This document shows positions 12,515-25,425 of a DNA stretch of 64,000 nt, piece after piece (within the stretch, counting starts at the first letter, position 1; every line of letters begins with the position of its first letter). Both the position numbers and the translations under genes were made by a program. Below the pieces are notes generated by a model. It was not told the DNA's origin and ran no database searches. It saw only the letters and a program-made list of their open reading frames with translations. Source of the stretch: Podarcis pityusensis (Eukaryota); assembly GCA_964106645.2 (NCBI GenBank), contig OZ067053.1. One strand, 5' to 3'.

Positions 12515-12971
12515 ATGTCTTCATTTCTCTTTCTCCTTGTTCTTTTTATTTACTGCTCAGGTAACGCTTTGGAGAAGATCTCATTTTCCATTGGCCAACC
12601 AAAAGCTAACTGCATTTATCATTTTATTTATTTGAGAGCACTTTGAAATATTCCTTTTTCTGATTTGTTATTAAACAGGTGTCACCTGCCAGTCAATTTG
12701 CACTCAGCCTGCCTCCGAATCTGTGGCACCAGGTCAAACCATTAAACTCTCCTGTACAACTAGTGATACTAGTTCGAACGTTCGCTGGTTTCAACAGAGA
12801 TCAGGGCAGGCCCCTCGATTTGTGCAGTATGAGGGTAGCAGCAGGGGAGAAGGGATCCCGGATCGATTCACTGCTTCCCGCTCAGGGAACAATGGCTATT
12901 TAACCATCACCAATGTCCAGGCTGAAGACGAGGCCGTTTATCACTGTGGCAGATGGTATGGTAACACGTTC
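12515..12971 (+). CDS. IGLV: Ig lambda V5; leader 12515-12560, exon 12679-12971
   Basis: QSICTQPAS..LSC..WFQQ..QYEGSS..YHCGRWYGNTF. RSS 12972-13010 with nonamer GCAAAAACC. Confidence 0.92.
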
Positions 12972-13353
12972 CACAGTGATGCAAAGTAATGGGGAAGTGT
13001 GGCAAAAACCTTTTCTCTTCCACCAAAGAGCAGTGAGATGTGAATACCAAAAACAAACATCATCTAATCTGTGTCTATATCTGTTGTCAAGTCCATCCTA
13101 CTGTGGATGAAACCAGAAGAGACAGAAAACTCTGAAGTCCCACCTCCTTCCTCACAGCAGGACCTTGGAGCTGCCAGCCCAGCAGACCCTCAAGTCAGCC
13201 CTTCCCAGTGGATGAAAGATTGCATTGGGAAAGTCAGGCTGCAGACTTCATATCATTCCAGATGGAAGTCTGTTTTAGGAATGGTGAGCTATAAGAGAAA
13301 TGCCACCTGCTGACTGCTAGGTTGGGTCTTCATTGAGCCTATTGTAATGTTCT

Positions 13354-13502
13354 NNNNNNNNNNNNNNNNNNNNNNNNNNNNNNNNNNNNNNNNNNNNNNN
13401 NNNNNNNNNNNNNNNNNNNNNNNNNNNNNNNNNNNNNNNNNNNNNNNNNNNNNNNNNNNNNNNNNNNNNNNNNNNNNNNNNNNNNNNNNNNNNNNNNNNN
13501 NN
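13354..13502. other. Assembly gap (N run)
   Basis: Run of Ns where paralogous units carry a (TAT)n tract. Confidence 1.
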
Positions 13503-14807
13503 TAACACAATTGCCAATAGGCCTCATTCCAAAAGGAATGATGAACCCTGGGAAACGCCTGGAACCCATGGAACCCCCCACCACTTGGAGTTTGGGGTGA
13601 CGTGGAAATATAGGCTTTCTGCCTGCAGTTGCTGTCAAGTCCAACGTCTTCTGCCTAGAATTTGTAACAGATAAAAAGCACATTTGAAGACCCCCCCCTC
13701 TTGCTGCAGAGCAGGACCTCTATCATGTCTGCGCTCAGAGTCAGCACCACCACCTGGGCTGGATGGAGGTAGGAAGCCAAGCAGATGGGGGCACTTAATC
13801 CCATCCGCACTCTTGTTCCAGGCTGCTGGAGAGTCTGGTGGGAGTCCGCCAATTCTGCTCTCCCACGAAGGTCTCAGGGATAGCATTCTTGTCACTGTTG
13901 CCGGCTGCGTGCCTTTTCATCCCAATCTCCGCTCCTCATATGCCAGAAGGTGGCACCAGAGACTTTTGAAATAACAAGAATGAATGTTTTCTTCACCAAG
14001 TTCATGCAATAATTTAAAGTTCTATAGTGTTGTACAGCGGGGGTAGGGAAACTCTGGCCTTTCAGAAGTTGCTGGACTCCAACTCCCATCAGCCCCTGCC
14101 AGCAAGAACAATAGAAGGATGCAAAGAGCAGGCGGACCAATCGGCCTCTTTCTGTGCAGGAGGACATAGACTAGGCTGCCCAGAGTGCGCAGCTTGGTTT
14201 GTGCAGCCCTGAGGAGTGGGTGTTCTTCCCCTCTTTTGAACTTCTCAATCCTTTGTTTCACTGATTCATTTCATAATATTTCTACACCACTTGATCGTAT
14301 TAAAAAAGCCTCAAAGGTTATAAAGAGATAAGACAATGAAGAAAAAATCACAATGTTACTATAAAAAATAAAAAATAAAAATACAATAGTCAGACTGAAC
14401 TTTCTAAGACTTTCTAAGAATCATGAGCTTTTTTCATTCCTACGCAGTCCTCTGTCCCTCCTGCCCATTTTAGGAATGGTCCCAAGTGAGATAGATGTCC
14501 CACTCCATAAAAAGCAGTGTTCCCAGGACCCTTCCTGATAGACGTCTTACAGCAAAGAGTTCCTTCATGGCTGTCTCATCACATCCAGTCCTGCTGCTTT
14601 GAGAAATCTCCTTTATGCAAATCTGCCCTTGGGCCCTTTGATGGAATGTCCCATAATGCTCTACAGGATCTCCAAATCCCAATAGAGGCAATCGATGATC
14701 AAAGAAGATATTTGCATGAAGGGGCAGCTCTTCAGCTCTGGGGTATTTAAGAGAGGAGTGAGGAAATTTCCTTCAGTAGTTCAAACTCCTCTGGAGAGCT
14801 CACCATC

Positions 14808-15272
14808 ATGTCTTCCTTTCTCTTTCTCCTTGCTCTTTTTATTTACTGCTCAGGTAACGCTTTGGAGAAGATCTCATTTTCCATTGGCCAACCAAAAGCT
14901 AACTGCATTTATCATTTTATTTATTTGAGAGCACTTTGAAATATTCATTTTTTTTCTGATTTGTTATTAAACAGGTGTCACCTGCCAGTCAATTTGCACT
15001 CAGCCTGCCTCCGAATCTGTGGCACCAGGTCAAACCATTAAACTCTCCTGTACAACTAGTGATACTATTTCCTACGTTCGCTGGTATCAACAGAGATCAG
15101 GGCAGGCCCCTCGATTTGTGCAGTATGAGGGTAGCAGCAGGGGAGAAGGGATCCCGGATCGGTTCACTGCTTCTCGCTCAGGGAACAATGGCTACGGTAT
15201 TTAACCATCACCAATGTCCAGGCTGAAGACGAGGCCGTTTATCACTGTGGCAGATGGTATGGTAACACGTTC
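14808..15272 (+). pseudogene. IGLV: Ig lambda V6 pseudogene (5-bp insertion in FR3); leader 14808-14853, exon from 14975
   Basis: GGCTACGGTATTTAA versus GGCTATTTA in paralogs gives a frameshift and TAA at 15202-15204. RSS 15273-15311. Confidence 0.9.
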
Positions 15273-15669
15273 CACAGTGATGCAAAGTAATGGGGAAGTG
15301 TGGCAAAAACCTTTTCTTTTTCACCAAAGAGCAGTGAGATGTGAATACCAAAAACAAACATCATCTAATCTGTGTCTACATCTGTTGTCAAGTCCATCCT
15401 ACTCTGGATGGAACCAGAAGAGACAGAAAACTCTGCAGTCCCACCTCCTTCCTCCCAGCAGGACTTTGAAACTGCCAGCCCAGCAGACCCTCAAGTCAGC
15501 CCTTCCCAGTGGATGAAAGATTGCATTGGGAAAGTCAGGCTGCAGACTTCATATCATTCCAGATGGAAGTCTGTTTTAGGAATTGTGAGCTATAAGAGAA
15601 ATGCCACCTGCTGACTGCTAGGTTGGTTCTTCATTGAGCCTATTATAATGTTCTTATTATTTTCTGAGC

Positions 15670-15711
<42 letters not shown>

Positions 15712-15948
15712 TGTTCAGGTTGTATATATGCATAAATAAACTATATATCATAAAGACACCACAATCTCCAATGCGCCTTATTCCCAAAGGGAAGACGAAC
15801 CCTGGGAAATGCCTGGAACCCCTGGAACCTCCCACCACTTGGAGATTGGGGTGGTGTGCAGAAGTAGGTTTTGCACCTGCAATTGCTGTCAAGCCAAACT
15901 TCCTCTGCCTCAAACTTGTAAGAGCAAAGAACACATTTAAGAACCCCC

Positions 15949-18029
15949 GGACTTCCGGAGGTGGCGCCAACGGTAATGGCGGATTCCCTCTAACTCGGAG
16001 GGAAGCCGCTCCACAAAAATCGGGTCTGACACCGCTTCGGCGCAGCGGGGACCCTTCAAATCACAGGCGGGTGAAGCCTGTGACCCTGGGACTCGGCGGG
16101 CACTGTTTGCGCCCCCCCAATCTGCAAAGGAACCCGGCAAAGGGCTCCGGAACAGAGCGGGGAAGTGGCGCTGTGCTGTGAGTCGTCTGCTTCTTTTGTG
16201 GAGTGAAGCCGCGTAGCTGTTGCCGGAGAGCGCTGCCTTTTTTCCTGGACAATTCAGACTTTAAAATAAACACCCATGAGTACTTAGAATTTGAACAAAT
16301 GGGACAGTAAATGAAGATTTGCGAAAAGGACAGAATTGGATTATAAAAAAAAAAGAAAAAAAACCTATTGAATTTGGTACGGAGCGGGAAGGGCTAAACA
16401 GGAAGTCATCCTTCCGTTCTTTTGTAAATAGAACAAAGCAAAGGCAATTTACACTAGAGCTTAGAAAATCGCTTTTAAAAGAGTGGACTCCAACATTTTA
16501 AACTAGGAATATTTTTTTGGACTATTTGAAGGAGTAAAAGGAAGTTATTTTCGTCCTGATCCTGGAGCGGGGAAGTCAGGACTGACGTGAATCTATCAAG
16601 ATAATTGTGTGTGACAGATAGTTAAAAGAAGAAAATTCTTGCGACTTTACTGTTCCCTTTCGCATTTTAAAGGAATATATATGGATAAAGTATTTCAAGT
16701 ATTTTGGAAATGTAGCAAAAACAAATATAAGTCTTCCCCCTAGGGGGAGCCTTTGAAACTGTAACTAATCCTAAGGACTTGACAGTTGCTACAAAAATAC
16801 CGTGGGAAAGCGTAACAATGTTTTCAGAAGTCTGGGTGAGCCTGCTCTACAAAACAAATACTCTACTGGAAGAATTATATGATAAGGTGAACCGGATGGC
16901 TAATTCGACTAGAAATCTTAGACAGGCAGTGGAATGTTTTGACCAGACTGTGGGAATATATGTGGAGTCTATCCAGGACTTAAACCAGGAGTGTGTTTTG
17001 ACAGAACAGGGGTTTGTGGTATCAAATCAGGAGAGTGTTTTGACAGAACAGACCCAACAGGAGTTTGATCCTTCGGATTGGAAAAAGGAACTTGGAAAAA
17101 ACCAGATTTGGGAAGGGAAAGTTCGGTGTGGTCTGGAAATGGGGGGCTGGATCGACCCCCCTATGTCGGGATATCTGGACTTCTTAAATATGGTAACAGG
17201 CTGCGATATGTTTGGGATTGTGGGGGCCCACAATTATGGAGGGCCCATGAAGTATGCTTTTAAACACTATATGGAATGCAGCGATGAATACGGAAAAGGG
17301 TCTGATCTGATGAGAAGGGCTAAAAACACTATTAAGTTGGAGTTACCACGAGCAAGAGACTACAGCCACAAATATGAAGAAGAGCAGCGGAAGGGCCATG
17401 GAAGTGACCTGAGGGCCTCGGACATAAGGTCACCGGGTTAGATTGGGGAATAAGGACTGACAAATCCCGGAACCAGGAGGAAGGGACGTTGGATAAAGAT
17501 TGGACTTGCTTATGTGCTTCTTTTTCTCTTTTTTAACTAATAGAATGTTTTATAAAGTTGATGAATGATAGAAAAATGTTGGAAGAAATTAGCTGGCTTT
17601 AGTAAAGATGTATAAAGAATTATGAAAGAACATTATGAACACAAGAAGTTGGTAAAGTTAAGACTTAAATTTTAAACTTTAAGGTTTATTTTAATATAGA
17701 AAGATAGGATCAAATTAGTTTAGAATTCTTTCTATGCCTTATTTTTTTTGAAATATGGAAAGGAAAGGATTTGCTGGGATAATTAATAACTAGAATACAA
17801 AGGAAGGGAGGAGGAGGAGGTCTAAGAAAGAAGGTAATGACAATTAAGGACTTGAAAATAATGAACTTGTTTTGTTTTTTTTCTTTATTTTTCTTTTCTA
17901 TTTTCTATTTTCTCATATTTGTACCTTTATTTTTTGTATTTTTATTTTTTACTTTTTGTTTCTGTTTTGTTTTTGTGTAAGTTTTGTATTTTTCAAATTT
18001 CAATAAATATCATTAAAAAAAAAAAAAAA
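15949..18029 (+). mobile_element. Non-autonomous L1-tailed retroelement (~2.1 kb)
   Basis: CpG-rich 5' end GGACTTCCGG; AATAAA and poly(A) at the 3' end; imperfect TSD AAGAACCCCC/GAAGACCCCC. Absent in paralogous units (e.g. 41760). 3' UTR resembles the L1 at 47570-47820. No RT. Confidence 0.8.
16818..17441 (+). CDS. 207-aa ORF of the non-autonomous element, unknown function (possible coiled coil)
   Basis: ATG-started part of ORF 16779-17441. Heptad-like LLEELYDKVNRMANSTRNLRQAV and an internal duplication NQE(C/S)VLTEQ. Confidence 0.4.
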   Translation: MFSEVWVSLLYKTNTLLEELYDKVNRMANSTRNLRQAVECFDQTVGIYVESIQDLNQECVLTEQGFVVSNQESVLTEQTQQEFDPSDWKKELGKNQIWEGKVRCGLEMGGWIDPPMSGYLDFLNMVTGCDMFGIVGAHNYGGPMKYAFKHYMECSDEYGKGSDLMRRAKNTIKLELPRARDYSHKYEEEQRKGHGSDLRASDIRSPG

Positions 18030-19211
18030 GAAGACCCCCCTCCTGCTGCAGAGCAGGACCAGGGACCTCCCAACCCAGCCCTCAATCCCATCCACACCAG
18101 GAGTGCCAGGCTTCCGCAGATTCCTAGGGCTTGTCTAATTTCTGGAAAGCACAGCTATAAGGACTTTTACGCTTTGCCCCTGATTTCTAGACAGGAGTCT
18201 GTCTGGTTTTGCCTTGGCCCCGCTGCTTTCCCCGGAAAACCTGCTCTTCAACCCTGAATTGGAACAACTGGCAATCTGTGAAAAATCAAACTGCCCTTTG
18301 CTGCCATTCAGAAGTAAACTGCAGCTTTTTCCTGGGTAAAGAGGCAGGGGAAATGGAGCTGTGCCCCTCCTTTTGGATCAAAGTGGTCGGTTTGGAAAGG
18401 CTTGGGAGTTTATATCTATTTAGATCCATTTGAGGAAAAGTGAAATATTAGAGAGACATGCGCCAATGGGGGCGCAGCGAACCCAATAATTGTCAAGGAA
18501 GGGGCCAGGCCCCTCAAAACTGCCCAGCGGATGTGCTCACCTGCCACAGGAAATGCTTGTGTCAGTGGTGCAAGCTGTAGGGCATGCGCACGGCATGCCA
18601 GACCACCCTGTGACATTCGTGCCTGATGTCAGAATGGAGGTCTGTTCTGCAAAGCAGTAACGTGAACCTGAATACGGCAGCTGTGGGGAAATGGTGGCCT
18701 TTCAGAAATGGGTGGACTCCCATCAGCCCCAGTCAGCATGGCCAATGGCCAGACACATTTGGGCCTTTCTCTAAGTGTTCCTAAAATTTGACAATGCCTC
18801 TTGCTCGTCTGGAGGGAGGATGGAAAGAGACGTGTGAAGACACTTTCGCAGGAGACAGAATTAAAATTCAGAGCCATTGCTCCACCCACTTTTTGCTCTG
18901 GTCCCTCCTCCCATTGGCAGGTGCCTTGGCCAGTCCATGGCTTTAACAAGCCTCTTTCCCCCCAGAACTGGAGTCTGAAACTAGCATTTCTTCCTACCAA
19001 TAGCTTAGAAACTTATGTAAGTAAGCAACATTTGGCTTCTTTCCTGACTGGTGATTTACTGCTGGCTCGCTCCTGTCACTGACCCACTACTTTTTAATTT
19101 TATTTTAAAAATGCTTTATGAAAATCTGTTCTATTCTCCTCTGTTTGACTGCCCCACAATGCTTTGCAGGAACATGAAGCTCTAGGAGAGGTGATTGGAT
19201 ATCCCCAGAAC

Positions 19212-19491
19212 CAGGGCTGTAGCCAGGGGGTGGTGAGGTGGGCCCCAGCCAGGGGTGCAGGTGAGGAGAGGGCACAGAATCAACTAAAATATATGCATAA
19301 ATATGTCTATAAATAAACATATTGATATTGCCTCATAAGGAAAGGTTTTAAATAGAGGCTGAATTGAATAGGTGGAGGGGGTGGGGTTTGGAGGAGAGGT
19401 GGAAGAAGAGCTACCGGTAATTTGTCTGTGGCTAGGGGGTGCAATCTGGATGGTTCTGCCAGGGGCGCAAGGTCACCTAGATACGGTTCTG
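19212..19491. mobile_element. hAT-type MITE in the V7 promoter
   Basis: 8-bp TSD CCCAGAAC/CACAGAGC. Empty site CACAGAAC-ac-ATTTGCAT at 52561. Confidence 0.75.
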
Positions 19492-19596
19492 CACAGAGCA
19501 CATTTGCATGAAGGGGAAAGCCTTGAGCTCTGGGATATTTAAGAGAGGAGAGGGCAAGATCCCTTCAGAAAGTCAGACTCCCCTGGAGAGCTCACC

Positions 19597-20092
19597 ATGG
19601 CCCTCTCTCAGTTCATCCTTGCTATTTTCCTTTACTGCTCAGGTAAGGCTGTGGAGGTGATTTCTTGCTACAAAGGCCAAGCCAAAGATATTTGAATCTA
19701 TCCAAGAAACATAATGCGTTGTGGGCATTTGAGAATGCTGAAAAGGAACAGAAGTCCTCATATTTGTATTTTCTGTTGTTGCTTCCCCCTGCAAAGGTGT
19801 CTCTTCACAGTCAGATGCGATTCAGCCTGCCTCACAATTGGTGGCCCTGGGACAGACAGTCAAACTCTCCTGTACTACCAGTGACAGCAGCGGCAACTAC
19901 GTTTTTTGGTATCAACAGAGACCAGGACAGGCCCCTCGCTATGTCCACTGCGAGAGTTGTAGCAAGGGAGAAGGGATCCCCGATCGATTTACTGCTTCCC
20001 GCTCTGGGACCATTGGCTATTTAACCATCACCAACGTCCAGGTTGGAGATGAGGCTGTTTACTACTGTGGCAGATGGTATGGTAACACGTTC
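19597..20092 (+). CDS. IGLV: Ig lambda V7; leader 19597-19642, exon 19797-20092
   Basis: Octamer at 19502, leader MALSQFILAIFLYCS, QSDAIQPASQ..HCESC..YYCGRWYGNTF. RSS 20093-20131. Confidence 0.92.
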
Positions 20093-20486
20093 CACAGTGA
20101 TGCAAACTGATGGGGAACTGAGACAAAAACCTTTCCTCTTCCACCAAAGAGCAGTGAGATGTGAATACTGAAAACCAACTTCATCTAATCTGTGTCTACA
20201 TCTGTTGTCAAGTCAATCCTACTCTGGATGGAGCTAGAAGAGACAGAAAACTCTGAATTCCCACCTCCTTCATCACAGCAGGACCTTGGACCAGCCAACC
20301 CATCACACCCAGTCAGCACTTCCTTGTGGATCAAAGAGCTGCTTTTGGAAAGTCAGGCTTCAGACTTCATATCATTGCCAGATGGAAGTCTGCTTTAGAG
20401 TTGGTGAGCTATAGCAGAAATGCCACCTGCAGATTGCTAGGTCAATCTTCATCGAGCATTTTATAATATTATTATTATTTACTGAA

Positions 20487-20523
<37 letters not shown>

Positions 20524-23208
20524 TCAGGCTCAGGTTATATATATGTGTAAATAAACCATATATCATAAAGACTCCACAATCTCCAATGGGCCTCTTTCCG
20601 AAAGGAAGGACGAACTCTGGGAAATACCTGGAACCTCCCACCACTTGGAGATTGGAGTGACGTGGAAAAAGAGGCTTTGAGCCTGCAATTGCTGTCAAGT
20701 CAAACTTGTTATTCCTAGAACTTGTAAGAGAGAAAGAACACATTTGAAGTCCCCCCTCCTCCGGGACCAGGGACCTTCCAACCCAGCCCTCAATACCGTC
20801 CGCACCTGGAGTGCCAGGCTTCCGCAGATTCCTAGGGCTTCTCCACATTTCTGCTTGTCCCATTCCTAGAAAGCACAGCTACGAGGACTTTTATTGCTTT
20901 GCCCCTGCTTTCTAGGCATGAGTCTGGCTGGTTTTGCCTTTGCCCTGCTGCTTTCCCCTGGAAAACCTGCTCTTCAATCCTAAATCGGAACAACCAGCAA
21001 TCTGTGGGGAATCCGATTGCCAGACCTTTCAAGTGTCTCTATTTTCCAGGGTCAGTCTTGAATCTACATAAACCATCCTGGTTTCTGATTTGAGTCTCAC
21101 TTTTCCTTAGATCGTCCCAATTTCCATCTGAGAAATGTTGGAGGGTATGGAGTCACTGAACCCACAAGCCATTTAAGACAGCCCTATATAGCCAAGTCTT
21201 TAATGTTTTATTATGCTTTATATATGTTGGATGCCACCCAGAGTGGCACCCCAGTCAGATGGGCAGGGTATAAAGAGTTAAATTATTATTATGGGATAGG
21301 AGGTCCCTATTTTCATTGGAGAAATGTTGGAGGGTACATTGACAGGCATCTGCCCAAGAGTCATATTCCCCACCTGGTAACTTTCCATGGGTCCCGTGTC
21401 ACGGGTGGGTGGGGCCAGAGGCAAAGGTGCCATGAACAGATATTTTACCTCTCTACTGTAGGCTAGTCCCCCCAACACTCACTATCCTCCATCCACGAAA
21501 CGAGAGGCATCAGCGGAATACGAGGGCACATCCCTGCCAGGCAGAAACCCTTGGGGTGGAAACAGAGCCAGTGGAAGGTGTGGCTAGAGGAGAGTGGGCG
21601 TGGCCTAGAGCAGTGGCAACGTGTGTGTGGGGAATGGGGTGCTTGCCCCAGACAGAAAATTGTTAGGGGCACAAAAATTTGTACACTTGGTGTTGCCTCA
21701 ATACAACTGCGCACTTCCGTAATGTGCTCCCTTGAAAAAAGGTTTTCCATGTGAAGTTGACCTCTCCAACTAATGGGGTGACTCTTATTTTCTTGTCTCT
21801 TTGGCTGCAATCTCCTGGGTGATGTAGAGGCTGCAAGGCAGTTGAATGTGCATGCGTACTTTATCCGTTTCCCTCCCCCCCTGCACTTGGCCCCGGGCGC
21901 TGCAACCCATGCTACACCACTGGCCTGCAGGGCCAGACAGAGTCACCCACAGAGACACATTGCTCTCTGAGCTTGCGGCTTGTGTTACAGGTTGAGCAGC
22001 TGCTTCCAGAAGTGACAGATGCTGTCAGGTGTTGTCAAAGGCTTCTGGCTAATTGCCCAGGAAATTAGAGAGGAAGAGAAAGAGTGAGTTTTCCAGTGAC
22101 GTTCTGTGTGATGCAAAAATCAGGCACTCTTTCTGCTTCTCGTCTTCCATTGTTTTTCATAGTTGTGGCACCTCAGGAGCTCTAGGTCCACTCTCCCCGC
22201 AACTGGACAGAGAGTCAGGGGAGAGGGAGAGGGAGAGGGGGGGAAATCTCTATAGGCTACTCAATCTCCTGCTCCCTGACCCTCAAGTCTGCCTTGATAC
22301 TGCACTGAGTATCCAGATGGGCTCAGCCGGGTGAGACCAAATCCACTCTGCTCTCAGAGGCGATTCAACTGGTTTGGCCTAATTGGGCAAGTCGCTGCTG
22401 AAATCTGGGAGCCCAAAGTCTCCCACCCAGATCTCAGTGATACTTTTCTTGCTACTCTTGAAGGCTGCGTGTTTTTTCATCACAATCTCTGCTCCTCATA
22501 TGTCAGAAGGTGGCAGCAGAGACTGTGCCTTTTGAAATACGGAGAACGAATGTTTTCTTCACCAAGTTTATGCAATAATTTAAAGCTTAATAGTTTTGTA
22601 CAGCAGAGGTATGGAAACCATGGCCTTTCTGAAGTTGTGGGGCTCCAACTCCAGTCCCAGCCACAAGAACAACAGGTGCATGCAAAGAGCAGGTGGACCA
22701 ATCGGTCCCTTTCTGTGCAGGAGGACATAGACTAGGTTGTCCAGGTTAGAAAATGATAAGACAAAAGAAGAAAAATTCACAACCTTACTTTAAATTATAA
22801 AAAGTTAAGATACAATGAAAGAATGAACTTTCTAAGACTTTTTCAGAATTATGAGCTCTTTTCATTCCTACACAGTGCTCTATCTATAAAGCCCAGGTTA
22901 GGAATGTTCCCAAGTGAGATGTTCCACACTATACTGCAAAGAGTCCCTTCATGCCTATCTCATCACATCCTGGCTGAACAAAGGGCCATTCCTGTTGCTT
23001 TGAAAAATCTCCTTTATGCAAATCTGCCCTTGGACCCTTTGACTGAATGTCCCATAATGCTCTGTAGGATCTCCAAACTCCAATAGAGGTAATCGATGAT
23101 CACAGAAGACATTTGCATGAAGGGGCAGCTCTTCAGCTCTGGGGGATTTAAGAGAGGAGTGAGGAAGTTTCCTTCAGACATTGAAACTCCTCTGGAGAGC
23201 TCACCGTC

Positions 23209-23666
23209 ATGGCTTCATTTCTCTTTCTCCTTGCTCTTTTTTTTTACTGCTCAGGTAAAGCTGGAGATCTCATGTTCCATTGGCCAACCAAAAGTGAACT
23301 GCATTTATCATATTTACTTATTTGAGAACACTGAAAATGTTCCTTTTTCTCATTTTTCTTTAAACAGGTGTCATCTCTCAGTCAATTTGCACTCAGCCTG
23401 CCTCTGAGTCTGTGTTGCCGGGTCAATCTATTAAACTCTCCTGTACAACTAGTGATACTGGCTCCGCTGTTCGCTGGTTTCAACAGAGATCAGGGCAGGC
23501 CCCTCGCTTTGTGCACTGTGAGAGTTGCAGCAAGGGAGAAGGGATCCCCAATCGATTCACCGCTTCCCGCTCTGGGACCGTTGGCTATTTAACCATCACC
23601 AACGTCCAGGTTGAAGACGAAGCTGTTTATTACTGTTGCAGATGGTATAGCAGTATTAATGCGTTC
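23209..23666 (+). CDS. IGLV: Ig lambda V8; leader 23209-23254, exon 23368-23666
   Basis: QSICTQP..HCESC..YYCCRWYSSINAF (6 Cys in the mature domain). RSS 23667-23705. Confidence 0.92.
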
Positions 23667-24104
23667 CACAGTGATGCAAACCAATGGGGAACTGAGACAA
23701 AAACCTTTCCTCTTCCACCAAAGAGCAGTGAGATGTGAATACTGAAAGCCAACTTCATCTAATCTGTGTGTACATCTGTTGTCAAGTCCATCCTACTCTG
23801 GATGGAACCAGAAGAGACAGAAAACTCTGCAGTCCCACCTCCTTCCTCACAGCAGGACCTTGGAGCTGCCAGCCCAGCAGACCCTCAAGTCAGCCCTTCC
23901 TTGTGGATGAAAGAGCTGCTTTGGGAAAGTCAGGCTGCAGACTTCCTTTTTCATTACCAGGTGGAGGTCTGTTTTAGGAATTGTGAGCTATAGTATAAAT
24001 GGCACCTGCTGACTGCTAGGTTGGGTCTTCACTGAGCCTATTATAATGTTCTTATTATTTTCTGAGCATTATTATTATTATTATTATTATTAGTAGTAGT
24101 AGTA

Positions 24105-24331
24105 TAGTGGTACCTCGGGTTACATACACTTCAGGTTACAGACTCCCGTAACTCAGAAATAGTACCTCGGGTTAAGAACTTTGCTTCAGGATGAGAACAG
24201 AAATCGTGCTCCGGCGGCATGGCTGCAGCAGGAGGCCCCAATTAGCTAAAGTGGTGCTTCAGGTTAAGAACAGTTTCAGGTTAAGAACGGACCTCCGGAA
24301 TGAATTAAGTACGTAACCAGGGGTACCATTG
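24105..24331. mobile_element. Tc1/mariner-type MITE
   Basis: Same family as 3356-3597, inserted at TA in a (TAG)n tract. Confidence 0.8.
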
Positions 24332-24967
24332 TAGCAGTAGTAGTAGTACAGGCTCAAGTTGTGTGTGTGTGTGTATGTATAAATAACCCATATGATAAAG
24401 ATAACACAATTGCCAATAGGCGTCATTCCAAAAGAAATGACAAACCCTGGGAAATGCCTGGAACCCCTAGAACCCCTCACCACTTGGAGATTTGGGTGGC
24501 GTGGAAAATAGGCTTTGTGCCTGCAGTTGCTGTCAAGTCCAACTTTTTTTGCCTAGAACATGTAAGAGCGAAAGAACACATTTGAAGTCCCTCCTCCTCC
24601 TATGGAGCAGCACCCTGGACCTCCCAGCCCAGCCCTCCATCCCATCCACACCAGGAGTGCCAGGCTTCTGCAGATCCATAGGGCCTGTCCACATTTCTGC
24701 TTGCCCAATTTCTGGAAAGCACAGCTATGAGGACTTTTACGCTTTGCCCCTGCTTTCTAGATATAATCTCCTTTATGCAAATCTGCCCCAGGGCACTTTG
24801 ATTGAATGTCCCATAATGCTCTACAGGATCTCCAAATCCCAATAGAGGCAAAAGATGATCACAGAAGATATTTGCATGAAGGGGCAGCTCTTCAGCTCTG
24901 GGGGATTTAAGAGAGGAGTGAGGAAGTTTCCTTCAGACATTGAAACTCCTCTGGAGAGCTCACCGTC

Positions 24968-25425
24968 ATGGCTTCATTTCTCTTTCTCCTTGCTCTTTTT
25001 TTTTACTGCTCAGGTAAAGCTGGAGATCTCATGTTCCATTGGCCAACCAAAAGTGAACTGCATTTATCATATTTACTTATTTGAGAACACTGAAAATGTT
25101 CCTTTTTCTCATTTTTCTTTAAACAGGTGTCATCTCTCAGTCAATTTGCACTCAGCCTGCCTCTGAGTCTGTGTTGCCGGGTCAATCTATTAAACTCTCC
25201 TGTACAACTAGTGATACTGGCTCCGCTGTTCGCTGGTTTCAACAGAGATCAGGGCAGGCCCCTCGCTTTGTGCACTGTGAGAGTTGCAGCAAGGGAGAAG
25301 GGATCCCCAATCGATTCACCGCTTCCCGCTCTGGGACCGTTGGCTATTTAACCATCACCAACGTCCAGGTTGAAGACGAAGCTGTTTATTACTGTTGCAG
25401 ATGGTATAGCAGTATTAATGCGTTC
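24968..25425 (+). CDS. IGLV: Ig lambda V9 (same protein as V8); leader 24968-25013, exon 25127-25425
   Basis: Identical translation to V8. RSS 25426-25464. Confidence 0.9.

Larger units (their letters stand above)
19740..24900 (+). repeat. Segmental duplication copy A (offset ~10.2 kb to ~29930-35100)
   Basis: Near-identical sequence and ORF track at +10191/+10200. Differences are a few SNPs and (TAT)n length. Confidence 0.9.

Noticed and set aside
20192-23086. Many short ORFs repeated between duplicated units
   Set aside because: They recur only because the intergenic DNA is duplicated. No domains are recognisable, and frames break in diverged copies.
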